DNA of 62,741 bases, the filler included, from Stramenopiles sp. TOSAG23-2 (Eukaryota), in NCBI GenBank assembly GCA_900128395.1. It is 8 parts of 8 records of this genome, joined end to end, with 100 filler letters (N's around TTAATTAATTAA, not from the genome) between each part and the next. Parts side by side here need not be neighbours in the genome. Positions count along the whole stretch, not along the records: positions 26,574 to 52,895 come from LT649436.1; 7 more parts are not named here. One strand, given 5' to 3'. Both the position numbers and the translations under genes were made by a program. This document shows, piece by piece, positions 34,669 through 44,833 of the stretch (position 1 is the stretch's first letter; every line of letters starts with the position of its first letter). The notes under the pieces were generated by a model. The model made no database searches. It saw nothing but the letters and a program-made list of their open reading frames with translations, and was not told where the DNA came from.

Positions 34669-35178
34669 ATGGTATATTTAACCATTGAAACATTAAAAAA
34701 TGCACGTGGATTTGTCAATCCTTGTAAAAAAAGAGAATTAGATTTACGTGATTTATCACTAGATACGATTGAAAACTTAGGTTTAACTTTGGACCAATAT
34801 GACGTAATTGATGTTTCTGGTAATTATTTGAAACGTTTAGAAAACTTTCCCACCTTGCAGCGTTTAGAGTGTATTACTGCGCATAATAATTCTATAGCTA
34901 CTATTGATTCCGATATGTTTTCCCGATGTTTGCCTTCGTTGAGAACATTATTATTAACAAATAATAATATATCTGATATTAACGAAGTGAAAGGTTTAAA
35001 TAAATGTGAAACATTACAACATTTAAGTTTGTTAGGAAATCCAGTCACTGGCATATCAAATTATCGTTTATTTGTAATTGCTGCATTGCCATTCTTACTA
35101 ACCTTGGATTTTAAGAAAGTTACCCAAACAGAGAAAGAAGCTGCTGCAAATGGATTTGATAGTACAGTAGCAACCAAT

Positions 35179-35209
<31 letters not shown>

Positions 35210-35889
35210 TTAATAGTAATAATAATATGGAAGTCGACGAAAAACCTTCTCAAAATAACAATAATAGTGATAAAAACAACGAAAAAAATAAGAATAAATT
35301 AAAAGCAAAAAAGAAAACAATTGATAAAGATTTATTGCAACGAGCAATTGGAATGGCAAATACGCCAGAAATTTTAGCTGCATTAGAAAAGGCATTAAAA
35401 AATGGAACCTTTAATGAAGATTTTGTAAACAGTATTGGTGGTAATAATGATAATAATAATAATAATAATGATGGCGACACAAGAAACAATAAAACCGCAA
35501 CACCAAACAACAATATTGAATTAAATAGATCAAAAGAAAAAGAAGAGGAAGAAACCAAAAAAGTAGGAGAAAACGCACCAATGCAAAAAACAGAAGAAAA
35601 AGAAAGCCCAAAAGAAGTAGCAAAGGAATCAATGCAACCTGATGACAATATGGAAGAGGAAGAGGAGGTTCTTACAAAAGCTATTTTAATGAAAATGAAA
35701 AAAGATACATTGATTGGATTGGCTAAAAAATATAATGTCAGCGAAACCGGCACAAAAAAAGTTCTCTCTAATAATATATTCAACGCATATGAAAGTAAAC
35801 AAAAGGGTAATGGTAAATCAAAACGCAAACGTTCGGATAGTAATGTAAGCAATAGTAGTACTGGTAGTAAGAAAAAAGCAAGACGATAA
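34669..35889 (+). CDS. SNRPA1: U2 snRNP A' protein with a long acidic/Asn-rich tail and a SAP-like motif
   Basis: FVNPCKKRELDLR..IENLGLTLDQYDVIDVSGN..LENFP..LSLLGNPV..NYRLFVI..LDFKKVTQTEKEAA. Confidence 0.9.
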
Positions 35890-36193
35890 AGCACTAAACG
35901 ATAAAACGTACGAATGATAAAAATTTTTTTCGCACATTTCATATATATAAATATATGAGATATATGATATGTATGCATATGATATTTTTCTTGGATATTT
36001 AGATGTGACTAAGGTGCTAAGCCTAAAATATTTTAAAAAAATATATATACGAGTATATGCACACATGTGTTAATTTCATTTTTTTTTATATCATAATATG
36101 ATGTATGAGATTACGTATTTTTTTATTAATATAAAAGCTAATTAATACACACCCCAGATCGCCACTCGTCTTCTCTCTCTTGTTCGTGTCCTT

Positions 36194-38515
36194 TTAAAAT
36201 TTGCCTTCTTTCCTACTTGAACCTCTTGAATCAGCTATTCGTTCCTCTTCTTCATGTTCCTTCGCTTTTTTCTCAGCAATTGCATCTTCATTAATTTCAA
36301 CTTCGGCAAATAATTCCTTAAACCTTGGTTCCTCCTCACTTCGATTATGACTTGTTAAGAATTTTTGTCGATAATACAAAACGGTATCAATATGTTTCTT
36401 ATGACTTTCAGCTATTTGTAATGCGCGCTTCCATCTGAATAAACGTATATTCATTTTAATCGCACGGTAAATTAATGGGGGATTTGCTTGTAGCAAAATT
36501 CGTTCGGCTTCATCTGGTCGCCTTTGATATAATGCAATCTCTGCATTTTGACCTTCCTCTAATGGAATATCTTTGATATATAATATGTAATGCAATTTAT
36601 CAACCTCTTTCATGGCAGCAAGTGCTATTTCCGCTGTGTCCAAGTGCAAACTCCCAATTGCACCACCAGCCAATGCGGCCCAAAGCGGATCACTTTTCAC
36701 AAAACGACATAAACGCACTGCTTCTTCCCATTGTCTTTTTTTCACAAATTTATCCAATTCAATTGGGTATGGAGAAACGCTTGCTGTCATTAACGCACCA
36801 TCGGCACGTCTTACTTTCAAATGCGAGCCGAAAAACGATATGATATTGGAATGTTTGCCAAATAAAACACCTTCTTGCTCATCCTTGGATCGATTCAAAA
36901 GGGTTTGATCCACTTGGACTACGTGTGGATTGTACCATGTGATTAATTTACCATCAGCAATTGCTACTAGTAAATCACTACCATCGTTCCATGCCATCGT
37001 ATCTACCATGGTTGCTAATTTAAATGGTGTTTTCACATCATCTCCTATATCTGTCATGTACAAATCTCTGTTTTTATCAATAAACGCTAATAGCGGTTTG
37101 TTGCGATTGTTTGTTGCTTTGGAAACAGCAATTTCAGCAATTTCTAATGCGTGCGTGCATGTCGATAAACTATTCCCATTTTGCGATGTTGCGCTAAAAC
37201 AGCGAATACTCCTTGAATCACTTAAATCCAATATACCAACAACTTCATCAGTAATACTTAATACTTTTGGATTTAAAAACTCCGTTCGTAAACCTGGAAA
37301 GGTTACATTGCAAAGTAAACGGCCTTCGAAGGAATATAATTTCACACCTGGATGTACATTATCCACTAATGCAAAATGTGAATGAGATAATATAATCAAT
37401 TTTACTGGATTTCGCAGATCAATTTGAGTCAATGGTGTATTAAAATTGCTAGTGTTGTAAACAGCACATTGCAATGCTGTTGCTGCTACTAAGTGATCAT
37501 AACCTAATTCCCATTGGATAATTCTATCACGTAATTCCACTTGATCAACTTGTTCATTTGCAATGTCTAATACACGAATAGTATCACTTTCCGTTTGCAC
37601 GGCACTAAAACGCGGATCCTCGCTAGACCTTTCCACAACTTGTGCAAATACAACTGCACCATTGCCGCCTGCACATGCCAATTGCGTCCCATCTCTTGTC
37701 CATGCTTGCTGCATGATAGATCCACTTTCTGGGCGTTCACGGCAATAACTCCATCCAGTTTTATCACATAAACGTAATAAATTATATGAACCAACGCTGA
37801 AAAAATCACCACTTGGACACCATGCTACACTTGTAACCACATAATCAAAAGGACGACTTTGAAACAATTGCCTGCCATATGTATCCCATACTTTGTAACG
37901 TCTGTCTTCACCGCCAGTTACTACTAAATTTGTGACTGGATTCCAATCCGCTTTCATGACTATGCCATCATGCGCCGTCCATTGTACTTGTTTACGGTCA
38001 ACATTAATAGATTTAATAATACAATTAGAACCACTACCGAAAAGTAATTGGTTGCTATCTGGACCCCATGCTAAAGTATAAATGGCAGCACCTTGCTGCG
38101 AGAAGTTATTTCGCAACATCCCTGATCTAGACCATATTTTGACACTACCATCTTCGCCACCAGATGCTAAAGAATTCCCATCAAAACTCCATTTCAAGCA
38201 AATAACGGCACCACCTGAAGCTTCTTTAATTTTTTTCTGTTCATTACCACTTTTTGATAATAAACGTATAGTCCCATCCGAGCAAGAAACGGCAAACATA
38301 TCAGAAGTTTGTTGTCCAGCACTTGGAAACCAACTCATGTCGGTAACAAATGCATCTAAATCGCATACTTTACCTAAATGTTCACCTTGCAAATTCCATT
38401 TCATAATAACTTTATCATCGCCACAAGTATATAATTCATTGGATGGTGTCCAACAAGTAGCAGTTACCATTTGCTTATGGACATTAACTGGTTGTTGTGT
38501 CGTTTTAAATTTCAT
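36194..38515 (-). CDS. IFT80: Intraflagellar transport protein 80
   Basis: GGEDGSVKIWSRSGMLR, GGEDRRYKVWDTYGRQLF, LRLCDKTGWS, WEEAVRLCRFVK and HIDTVLYYRQKFL. Confidence 0.96.
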   Translation of the reverse strand: MKFKTTQQPVNVHKQMVTATCWTPSNELYTCGDDKVIMKWNLQGEHLGKVCDLDAFVTDMSWFPSAGQQTSDMFAVSCSDGTIRLLSKSGNEQKKIKEASGGAVICLKWSFDGNSLASGGEDGSVKIWSRSGMLRNNFSQQGAAIYTLAWGPDSNQLLFGSGSNCIIKSINVDRKQVQWTAHDGIVMKADWNPVTNLVVTGGEDRRYKVWDTYGRQLFQSRPFDYVVTSVAWCPSGDFFSVGSYNLLRLCDKTGWSYCRERPESGSIMQQAWTRDGTQLACAGGNGAVVFAQVVERSSEDPRFSAVQTESDTIRVLDIANEQVDQVELRDRIIQWELGYDHLVAATALQCAVYNTSNFNTPLTQIDLRNPVKLIILSHSHFALVDNVHPGVKLYSFEGRLLCNVTFPGLRTEFLNPKVLSITDEVVGILDLSDSRSIRCFSATSQNGNSLSTCTHALEIAEIAVSKATNNRNKPLLAFIDKNRDLYMTDIGDDVKTPFKLATMVDTMAWNDGSDLLVAIADGKLITWYNPHVVQVDQTLLNRSKDEQEGVLFGKHSNIISFFGSHLKVRRADGALMTASVSPYPIELDKFVKKRQWEEAVRLCRFVKSDPLWAALAGGAIGSLHLDTAEIALAAMKEVDKLHYILYIKDIPLEEGQNAEIALYQRRPDEAERILLQANPPLIYRAIKMNIRLFRWKRALQIAESHKKHIDTVLYYRQKFLTSHNRSEEEPRFKELFAEVEINEDAIAEKKAKEHEEEERIADSRGSSRKEGKF

Positions 38516-40116
38516 CTTTATGTATATAATATTATAATTCAAATGATATATATATATATTAAATATATATTATCTTGTTTTGATAATATATTTTTTCTCT
38601 TTTGGAAAATACAAATGAAGAAAAAGGATGATAAGTTTGGTTATATTGCTCAAACGTAGCTAACAGAAAGACACAGATATCGTATAACATATACTTTTAT
38701 ACATATATAGTCACTGTTATTATTATATTAGTAGAAGAATTCATCAAGTGAATGATGTGTGAAATCTAAAATTCGTCGCTATATAATATGAACACACCAT
38801 TGCAAGCCAAGGCAGCATTTCAAAAATCACAACAAAAAAATAATAAAAAATACAAAAAAATTTAAAAAAAAATTATTTGAAAAACTTGAATTGTGCAATT
38901 GGTACAGTAATTGGTATCCCGTGCTCCCTATCATCATCCTTTACAGGAAAAGTTGACTGAGGATAGCATATAAATAATATTAAGTACTATATATATGCTA
39001 AATAGGTATACATAAATCACACAAATCGATTAAAACACCTTAAATATATCATACTTCTTCAGACTAAGAGACGATACAGAGCTACCTACATTAACATGGT
39101 ATAAAAAAAAAAAAGTTGTTGTTGTTGGACACAGAAAGAAAAAAAAAGGTTTATTTTTTTATAGCTTTATACATTTGTCTTTATCTGTGCGTGCTGTTGT
39201 AAAAACATATTACAAGATATAATTATGGCAATCACTGCATCGACTAGGTATTTACAATATGTCACTTTTCACAGTGCATTTCGTCTATTTGCATATATAG
39301 TAAACAGGGAACGAGTTACGAGAGTTAAATTTTCTGATGTGGCTGTAAGTATTCAAAAATTTAAATTTGAATCATTAAACCCGAAAGGTAGAAATTCTCT
39401 CTCTAACACAACATATACTCTTGCATATATATATATATATATTACTGTCCATAGTGGGAAAATCCTATCACAAGACAAGCTGCTTATGCATATACTGGAG
39501 TGATACGAAGTTTATTTATATTTAGGGTCTGTATTTATTTTTGGGGTTCATATTTAGAAAATAAAAAAGATAGGGATAGACTGTCTATCATTTCATTTCT
39601 ATTTGATAGCCAAATGATGTATGGTATCTTGTCGAAATCATTTTTACAAGGTGGTGTTGATATTGTCAAAAGTACACAAACACGTGCATTGGTTCATAGT
39701 CAAGGTTGGGTGCCATTGTCCATGCAAGCATCTCGGATTCTAGCTGCTTTTATTGCTTTTTTGTATGAAATGTATTATTGAGTAATGCATCAACGAAAGG
39801 GGGTATATTAATACTACTATATGAGAGTTACCACCAGGTGGTAGTAGTGGAGATAATACTATTTATATACTACCAACTATAATATCCTATATATATATAA
39901 TTCTTGTAAACTTTATTTTTATTATGGATATTTGAATAAATATATATATATATAAATACACACACACTGGCGGCACACACATACAGATGAGAACAAATAT
40001 ATACATATATATATAGAAGTATACACATCAGATTCTATATTGAAACCATCTATTATTATTATTAATAATAATACCTCTCTGTCTCTCTCTCTCTCTCTCA
40101 CACACACATATATAAA

Positions 40117-41148
40117 ATGGTCAATACGAAATATATGTTACGATCAATCTTCATGCCATCATTTTTCATTTATTATTATTGTTTTATAACATCATTTGTC
40201 TTAATAAAAAAAGTTGAAGCAGCAACATATGCAGAGCAAACAACATGGTGGAATTCAGATTTTTATGGTATGCTAGGTGTTTCCAAAGATGTTGAAACAA
40301 GAGAATTGAAAAAAGTATATCGAAAACTAGCAAGAACATTTCATCCTGACAAATATGAAACGAGTGGCCCCGAAATCAAACAAGTATTTACAAAAGATGA
40401 AGCAGCAAATAAATTTTTAGAAATTAGTGGAGCATATGAAATATTAAAAGATGAAGATAAAAGAAAAGAATATGATGAATTTATTGCTTCCATTCCAGCA
40501 CGATTCCGCCCAGTATATGGTGAAAGTCGATTAGCCAAAGCTGATGTATGGGTTGTGATACTTGGTTTTTTGTTGGCATTGACTGGAATACAATACGTTT
40601 CACAAAGATTTAAATTTAATTCGTTTGTAAAATTTTGGAAGACACGAGATGATGTACAACAATGGGGGATGGAACAAACAGAGGAGGACTATCAAAAACA
40701 ATTAAAAACAATGAAAAAAATGACAAAACAAGATAAACGCATTTTAAGGGCACAACTTGTTGATGATTTTTTAACATTGAAATCAAAAGATTTGGATGTT
40801 AAAGGTGGATATAAAAAATTGGTATGGCATGAATTAATAATCGTGCGTTTCTTTTGCTCCCCATATACGATACCTAGGTGGTTTTTTGCATTATTGTCAT
40901 ATACTTTAAGATTATTAAGAAATACACCAACGGAGGATGATAAAATATATTGGACAAAAGGTGCTTTAAAAATGAAAGATACACAATGGGAGCAATTAGA
41001 TGATGAAGATAAAGAAGAATATGTATCAAAGGAATTATGGATATCAGCAAATATGGCAAAATATCAAAAAGAACAGCAAGATGAATATATGAAATCAAAC
41101 CCGGCTCAGATGAAACGATATTTAAGATGGAAAAAGAAAAATCGATAG
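40117..41148 (+). CDS. DNAJC25: Membrane DnaJ co-chaperone, DNAJC25-like
   Basis: Signal/TM leader, J-domain with HPD, KADVWVVILG TM segment, C-terminal KELWI..MKRYLRWKK. Confidence 0.8.
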   Translation: MVNTKYMLRSIFMPSFFIYYYCFITSFVLIKKVEAATYAEQTTWWNSDFYGMLGVSKDVETRELKKVYRKLARTFHPDKYETSGPEIKQVFTKDEAANKFLEISGAYEILKDEDKRKEYDEFIASIPARFRPVYGESRLAKADVWVVILGFLLALTGIQYVSQRFKFNSFVKFWKTRDDVQQWGMEQTEEDYQKQLKTMKKMTKQDKRILRAQLVDDFLTLKSKDLDVKGGYKKLVWHELIIVRFFCSPYTIPRWFFALLSYTLRLLRNTPTEDDKIYWTKGALKMKDTQWEQLDDEDKEEYVSKELWISANMAKYQKEQQDEYMKSNPAQMKRYLRWKKKNR

Positions 41149-41432
41149 AACGCATGTGTTTTATACGAACCGTTCGTATTTTTACGTGTATATGTGTGTG
41201 TGCCGAGAAGAGTGAAGAGTGAAGAGTGAAGAGTGGAGAGTTTTGCACACACACTCATACTTTTTTTTGTAGTACACAGTGTATTATATGCATATTTTTT
41301 TAATATTTAAAAAGTATTTTTTTAGTTTTTTTTATAAAAAATATAAAATGAGTAAATTAAAAAATAAGTTATGCATTAATTAATTATCGTAATATATACG
41401 CCTCGTAATAAAAAAAAAGACTTTTTTAAAAT

Positions 41433-43301
41433 TCATTTATCCAAACCGACAGTTCGATCATCATAATCTTGTTGAAATTCTGCTTGTTTCTCCAATGTCG
41501 GTAATAACAATGCTTCTGTATATGCATTTAATTGAGATCGTAATTTGATATTTTCATGCAATATTTCAATTAATGTCCTGGAAATATCAGCAGTCAAGAC
41601 TTGATCATCATCAGTTGCTTTTCTATTTTGCAATTTCTTAAAATGTCGTTCACGCATAACACCAACACTCTTTTCAATACCTTCCAATGCTTTGTCACTA
41701 TTACGAATTGCATTTTTTACATCTAAACTTTGATTATTACCTCCTTCGCCCATGCTACCATTAATTGCGCGTAAATTTGTTGAACGAGCTTGGACCCAAA
41801 TAGTTTTTACATTCTTTAATGTACGTCTTAAATCCATTAAATTTAATCCTTCCCTATCTGCTTTTAAAACCTTTGCAGCTTCCAAAGCATCGTTTACACG
41901 TTTTTCTCGATTTTTTTCTAACTCCTTCAAATGTTCCAATTCTACTTCTTTTAAATGCTTATCAAGCAATTTTTTGCCAGCTTCGACTCGATCTTGCCAA
42001 TCTTGCAACATATATTTATCTTGAACTTCCATTTTATGTTTTTTAATTTTTGTTTGATATTTTTTAATTGTTTTTTCAATTGCAATTGTACGTGCATCTT
42101 TTCTCGCTTCTAGCTTTTTAAGTCTCTCTGCTCTTTTTTCATCAAGCTCCTGTATAACATCTTTATCTGTACTAATTTCATTTTCCAATTCTTGATCATA
42201 ATTAATTGTATAATTTGTATATTTTTTCATACTATTTTTTTTTCTTGTTTCATTTACAACTTTTTCTTCCGTGTTTTGTTTCAATTTACTTGTTGCTTTC
42301 TGTTTGCGATTAGTAGATACACCTGGAACGTCCAATGCACCATTATCTGTTGTAGATGGTGCATGTTTTGCATAATCAAATTCTTCTACTTCATCATTTT
42401 CTGTTAATATTTGTTGCTCCGAGTTGTTGTTTGTTTCATTGGTATTCTCATCATCATTTGCTTCATCCCCATTTGCATTTTCTTCTTTTGCTATATCTAT
42501 AATAGCAGAAGTATCACGGTCATCTACATCAATAATGGATTTATAACCAAAAATTACATCATGATCTTGTATAAATGCAATCATTAAAAATACAGCAGCA
42601 GCTGGTGGAGCTTCGTTGTAATTTTCTTTATGTTGATTTAAGATTAAAATACGTGCAAATCGCGGGGCTAAATTTCTACGGGTATCATCAAATCGTCGTG
42701 CTGGACGAATAGCAACTTCCCATGGTCGATGGACATGACAAAACTTTCTAACGACTGCAGAGACTTCTCTAATTAAGCGCACATTTGATCGTGACATCAT
42801 ATCTATTAAATCTTTTACCATTCTGATATTTCTTTTCTTCATTTCTATTTTGTCCCTAGTCCTATTGCTACCAGAAATCATTGCTACGTAACTTGTTTCA
42901 TACATTCCATAAACTTCTCTAGGTATTATTGTTGATCCTATATTTTCAAGACCAATAAGCATCGCTTTACAAATAACATTAATTCTGAAACTATCAAGCT
43001 CCACTTGCCGTGAGAATGCAAACGCATTCATTAATTTTTCTAATTCCATTTTACTAACTTTTGCTAAACTTTCAAATAAATCTTTTGGATAACTTCTTTT
43101 TTGCTGTAAATACCTTGCAGTCTGCAAAACTACTCTTTGACTTCTTAAAACACTATCTCTATCAATGTCTCCTGATAACGCTGAATTATGATCAATTGGT
43201 GTATCACCTGGTTCTCCAATAATCATACTATCTGGTTTGTATATCATATGTGGAACTAGGGAATATCCTAAATCTTCACAAACGAACAAAAAAAATAGCA
43301 T
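41433..43301 (-). CDS. Hypothetical protein with a possible degenerate RhoGAP-like region and C-terminal coiled coils; 5' end doubtful
   Basis: 624-codon ORF; STIIPREVY..DLIDMMSRSNVRLI..RNLAPRFARIL loosely resembles RhoGAP; heptad-rich C-terminus. Confidence 0.45.
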   Translation of the reverse strand: MLFFLFVCEDLGYSLVPHMIYKPDSMIIGEPGDTPIDHNSALSGDIDRDSVLRSQRVVLQTARYLQQKRSYPKDLFESLAKVSKMELEKLMNAFAFSRQVELDSFRINVICKAMLIGLENIGSTIIPREVYGMYETSYVAMISGSNRTRDKIEMKKRNIRMVKDLIDMMSRSNVRLIREVSAVVRKFCHVHRPWEVAIRPARRFDDTRRNLAPRFARILILNQHKENYNEAPPAAAVFLMIAFIQDHDVIFGYKSIIDVDDRDTSAIIDIAKEENANGDEANDDENTNETNNNSEQQILTENDEVEEFDYAKHAPSTTDNGALDVPGVSTNRKQKATSKLKQNTEEKVVNETRKKNSMKKYTNYTINYDQELENEISTDKDVIQELDEKRAERLKKLEARKDARTIAIEKTIKKYQTKIKKHKMEVQDKYMLQDWQDRVEAGKKLLDKHLKEVELEHLKELEKNREKRVNDALEAAKVLKADREGLNLMDLRRTLKNVKTIWVQARSTNLRAINGSMGEGGNNQSLDVKNAIRNSDKALEGIEKSVGVMRERHFKKLQNRKATDDDQVLTADISRTLIEILHENIKLRSQLNAYTEALLLPTLEKQAEFQQDYDDRTVGLDK

Positions 43302-44680
43302 AGTCAAAATAGCCTTTTTAACTAGTAAAAATGACCATGTACAAGTTGTTAAAATTGATAGTAATAAATTATTTAATAAGGACGTCCAAAAATTTAGTAA
43401 AGTTCAGAAATTTAGGAAAGAAATTAGCTTAGCATTAAAAATTGATGATGACAGTCTTCATGACGAGACAGGTGAAAATTTAAAAAAAAACGTCCCATGG
43501 GGTAAACGACCTCGATGGCAAATATATTCCAAAGATGGTCTACATAGATATCACGATATAAATTTGTTGATATCAGGTTCCATTGAAAATCCTAGTGGAA
43601 CATCTTTGCTTTTTACTGGAGGTGTTTTTTTTTGGCCTGGTGTAAAAATTGGATATGAACGATTAATAAACGATGTGGAAGGGTTTGGAGAAAAAGAAGG
43701 CAAACAGTTGTATTTAAAAACACTGAGTATTCGCCCATTAATCTTTGAAATTCATGATTTTATAGCAATGGAAGAATGTGATCATTTAATTGAAAAATCA
43801 CGAACACATATAAAAAGTTCTGTTGTAAAAAATATGGATAAAGATATTGGGAAAGCTGATACATTGTGGAGGACTAGTAAAACGTATTTTATGCCAAAAG
43901 GATCAACAGAGACATTGAAAACATTGGAGAGAAGGGTTCGAGATATAACACGCATACCATTAAGTCATGGCGAAAGTGCTCAAATATTACGGTATACAAA
44001 GACGGGGCATTATTACACACATCATGATTACTTTGATCCAGCAAACTATCAAAAGTCAAAATCAACTCTCAACATGGTGGAAAATGGTGCGAAGAATCGA
44101 TTGTCAACTGTTTTTTGGTATATGTCAGACGTTAAATCAGGTGGTGAGACTAACTTTCCACGTTTCAATGGTGCAGCTAGTCCTGCGGATACTAAATCAT
44201 GTTTACAAGGTTTAAGTGTTAAGCCAAAAAAAGGCAAAGTTATCATTTTTCACAATATGCATCCAAACGGTGATCAGGATCCATTAAGTTTACATGCTGG
44301 ATGTTCAGTTGGTGAAGGGGATAAATGGTCAGCAAACAAATGGATATGGAATAAACCATTTAATTTAAACACATGGAATGGTGATGATATAGATATAAAT
44401 AAAGAGAAACAAATTGATTTGCATCTTTCGAATGGTGAAATGTATACAGATGAAACTCATCAACAAATTGATAATGGTGTTAGTAGTAGTAGTAGTTTTT
44501 TTTGGGACCATACTAAGTGATGGCAATATGATGATGTTGAATAATCAAAAACATAGATTCGATAGTCAATATGCATACAATATTTTACTTGTTATTTTTA
44601 TTGTTGGTATTTGTATGTGTTGGAGATTTTTATATCATGGGAAGATTGGTATGACGAAAAATAAAAAAGATAAATTGTAG
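43290..44680 (+). CDS. Prolyl 4-hydroxylase (2OG-Fe(II) dioxygenase), 5'-incomplete; probable C-terminal TM tail beyond a homopolymer frameshift
   Basis: LSIRPLIFEIHDF..ECDHLI, RTS, QILRY..HHDYF, GGETNFP, SLHAGCSV..KWSANKW. The annotated stop is at 44520; an alternative frame continues to 44680. Confidence 0.85.
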
Positions 44681-44833
44681 ATAGAGAGAACCCAAGAGTG
44701 TGCGTGTGCGTGTGGGGATATTTGTCAAAAAAATCTCGGTGTAACACACACAACACACACACTATTAATACATCAGTGTAATTAAAACAATTTTTAAATA
44801 TATTACGAGTCGTAACACGCAACACGCTACGAA

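Noticed and set aside
35250..35978. 242-aa antisense ORF, and the many other shadow ORFs inside long genes
   Set aside because: These are reverse-frame by-products of low-complexity or codon-biased real genes and carry no recognisable motifs.
39225..39781. Two ~93-aa ORFs between IFT80 and the DnaJ gene
   Set aside because: No recognisable domain in any frame I read, and they include TA microsatellite; cannot be supported as genes.
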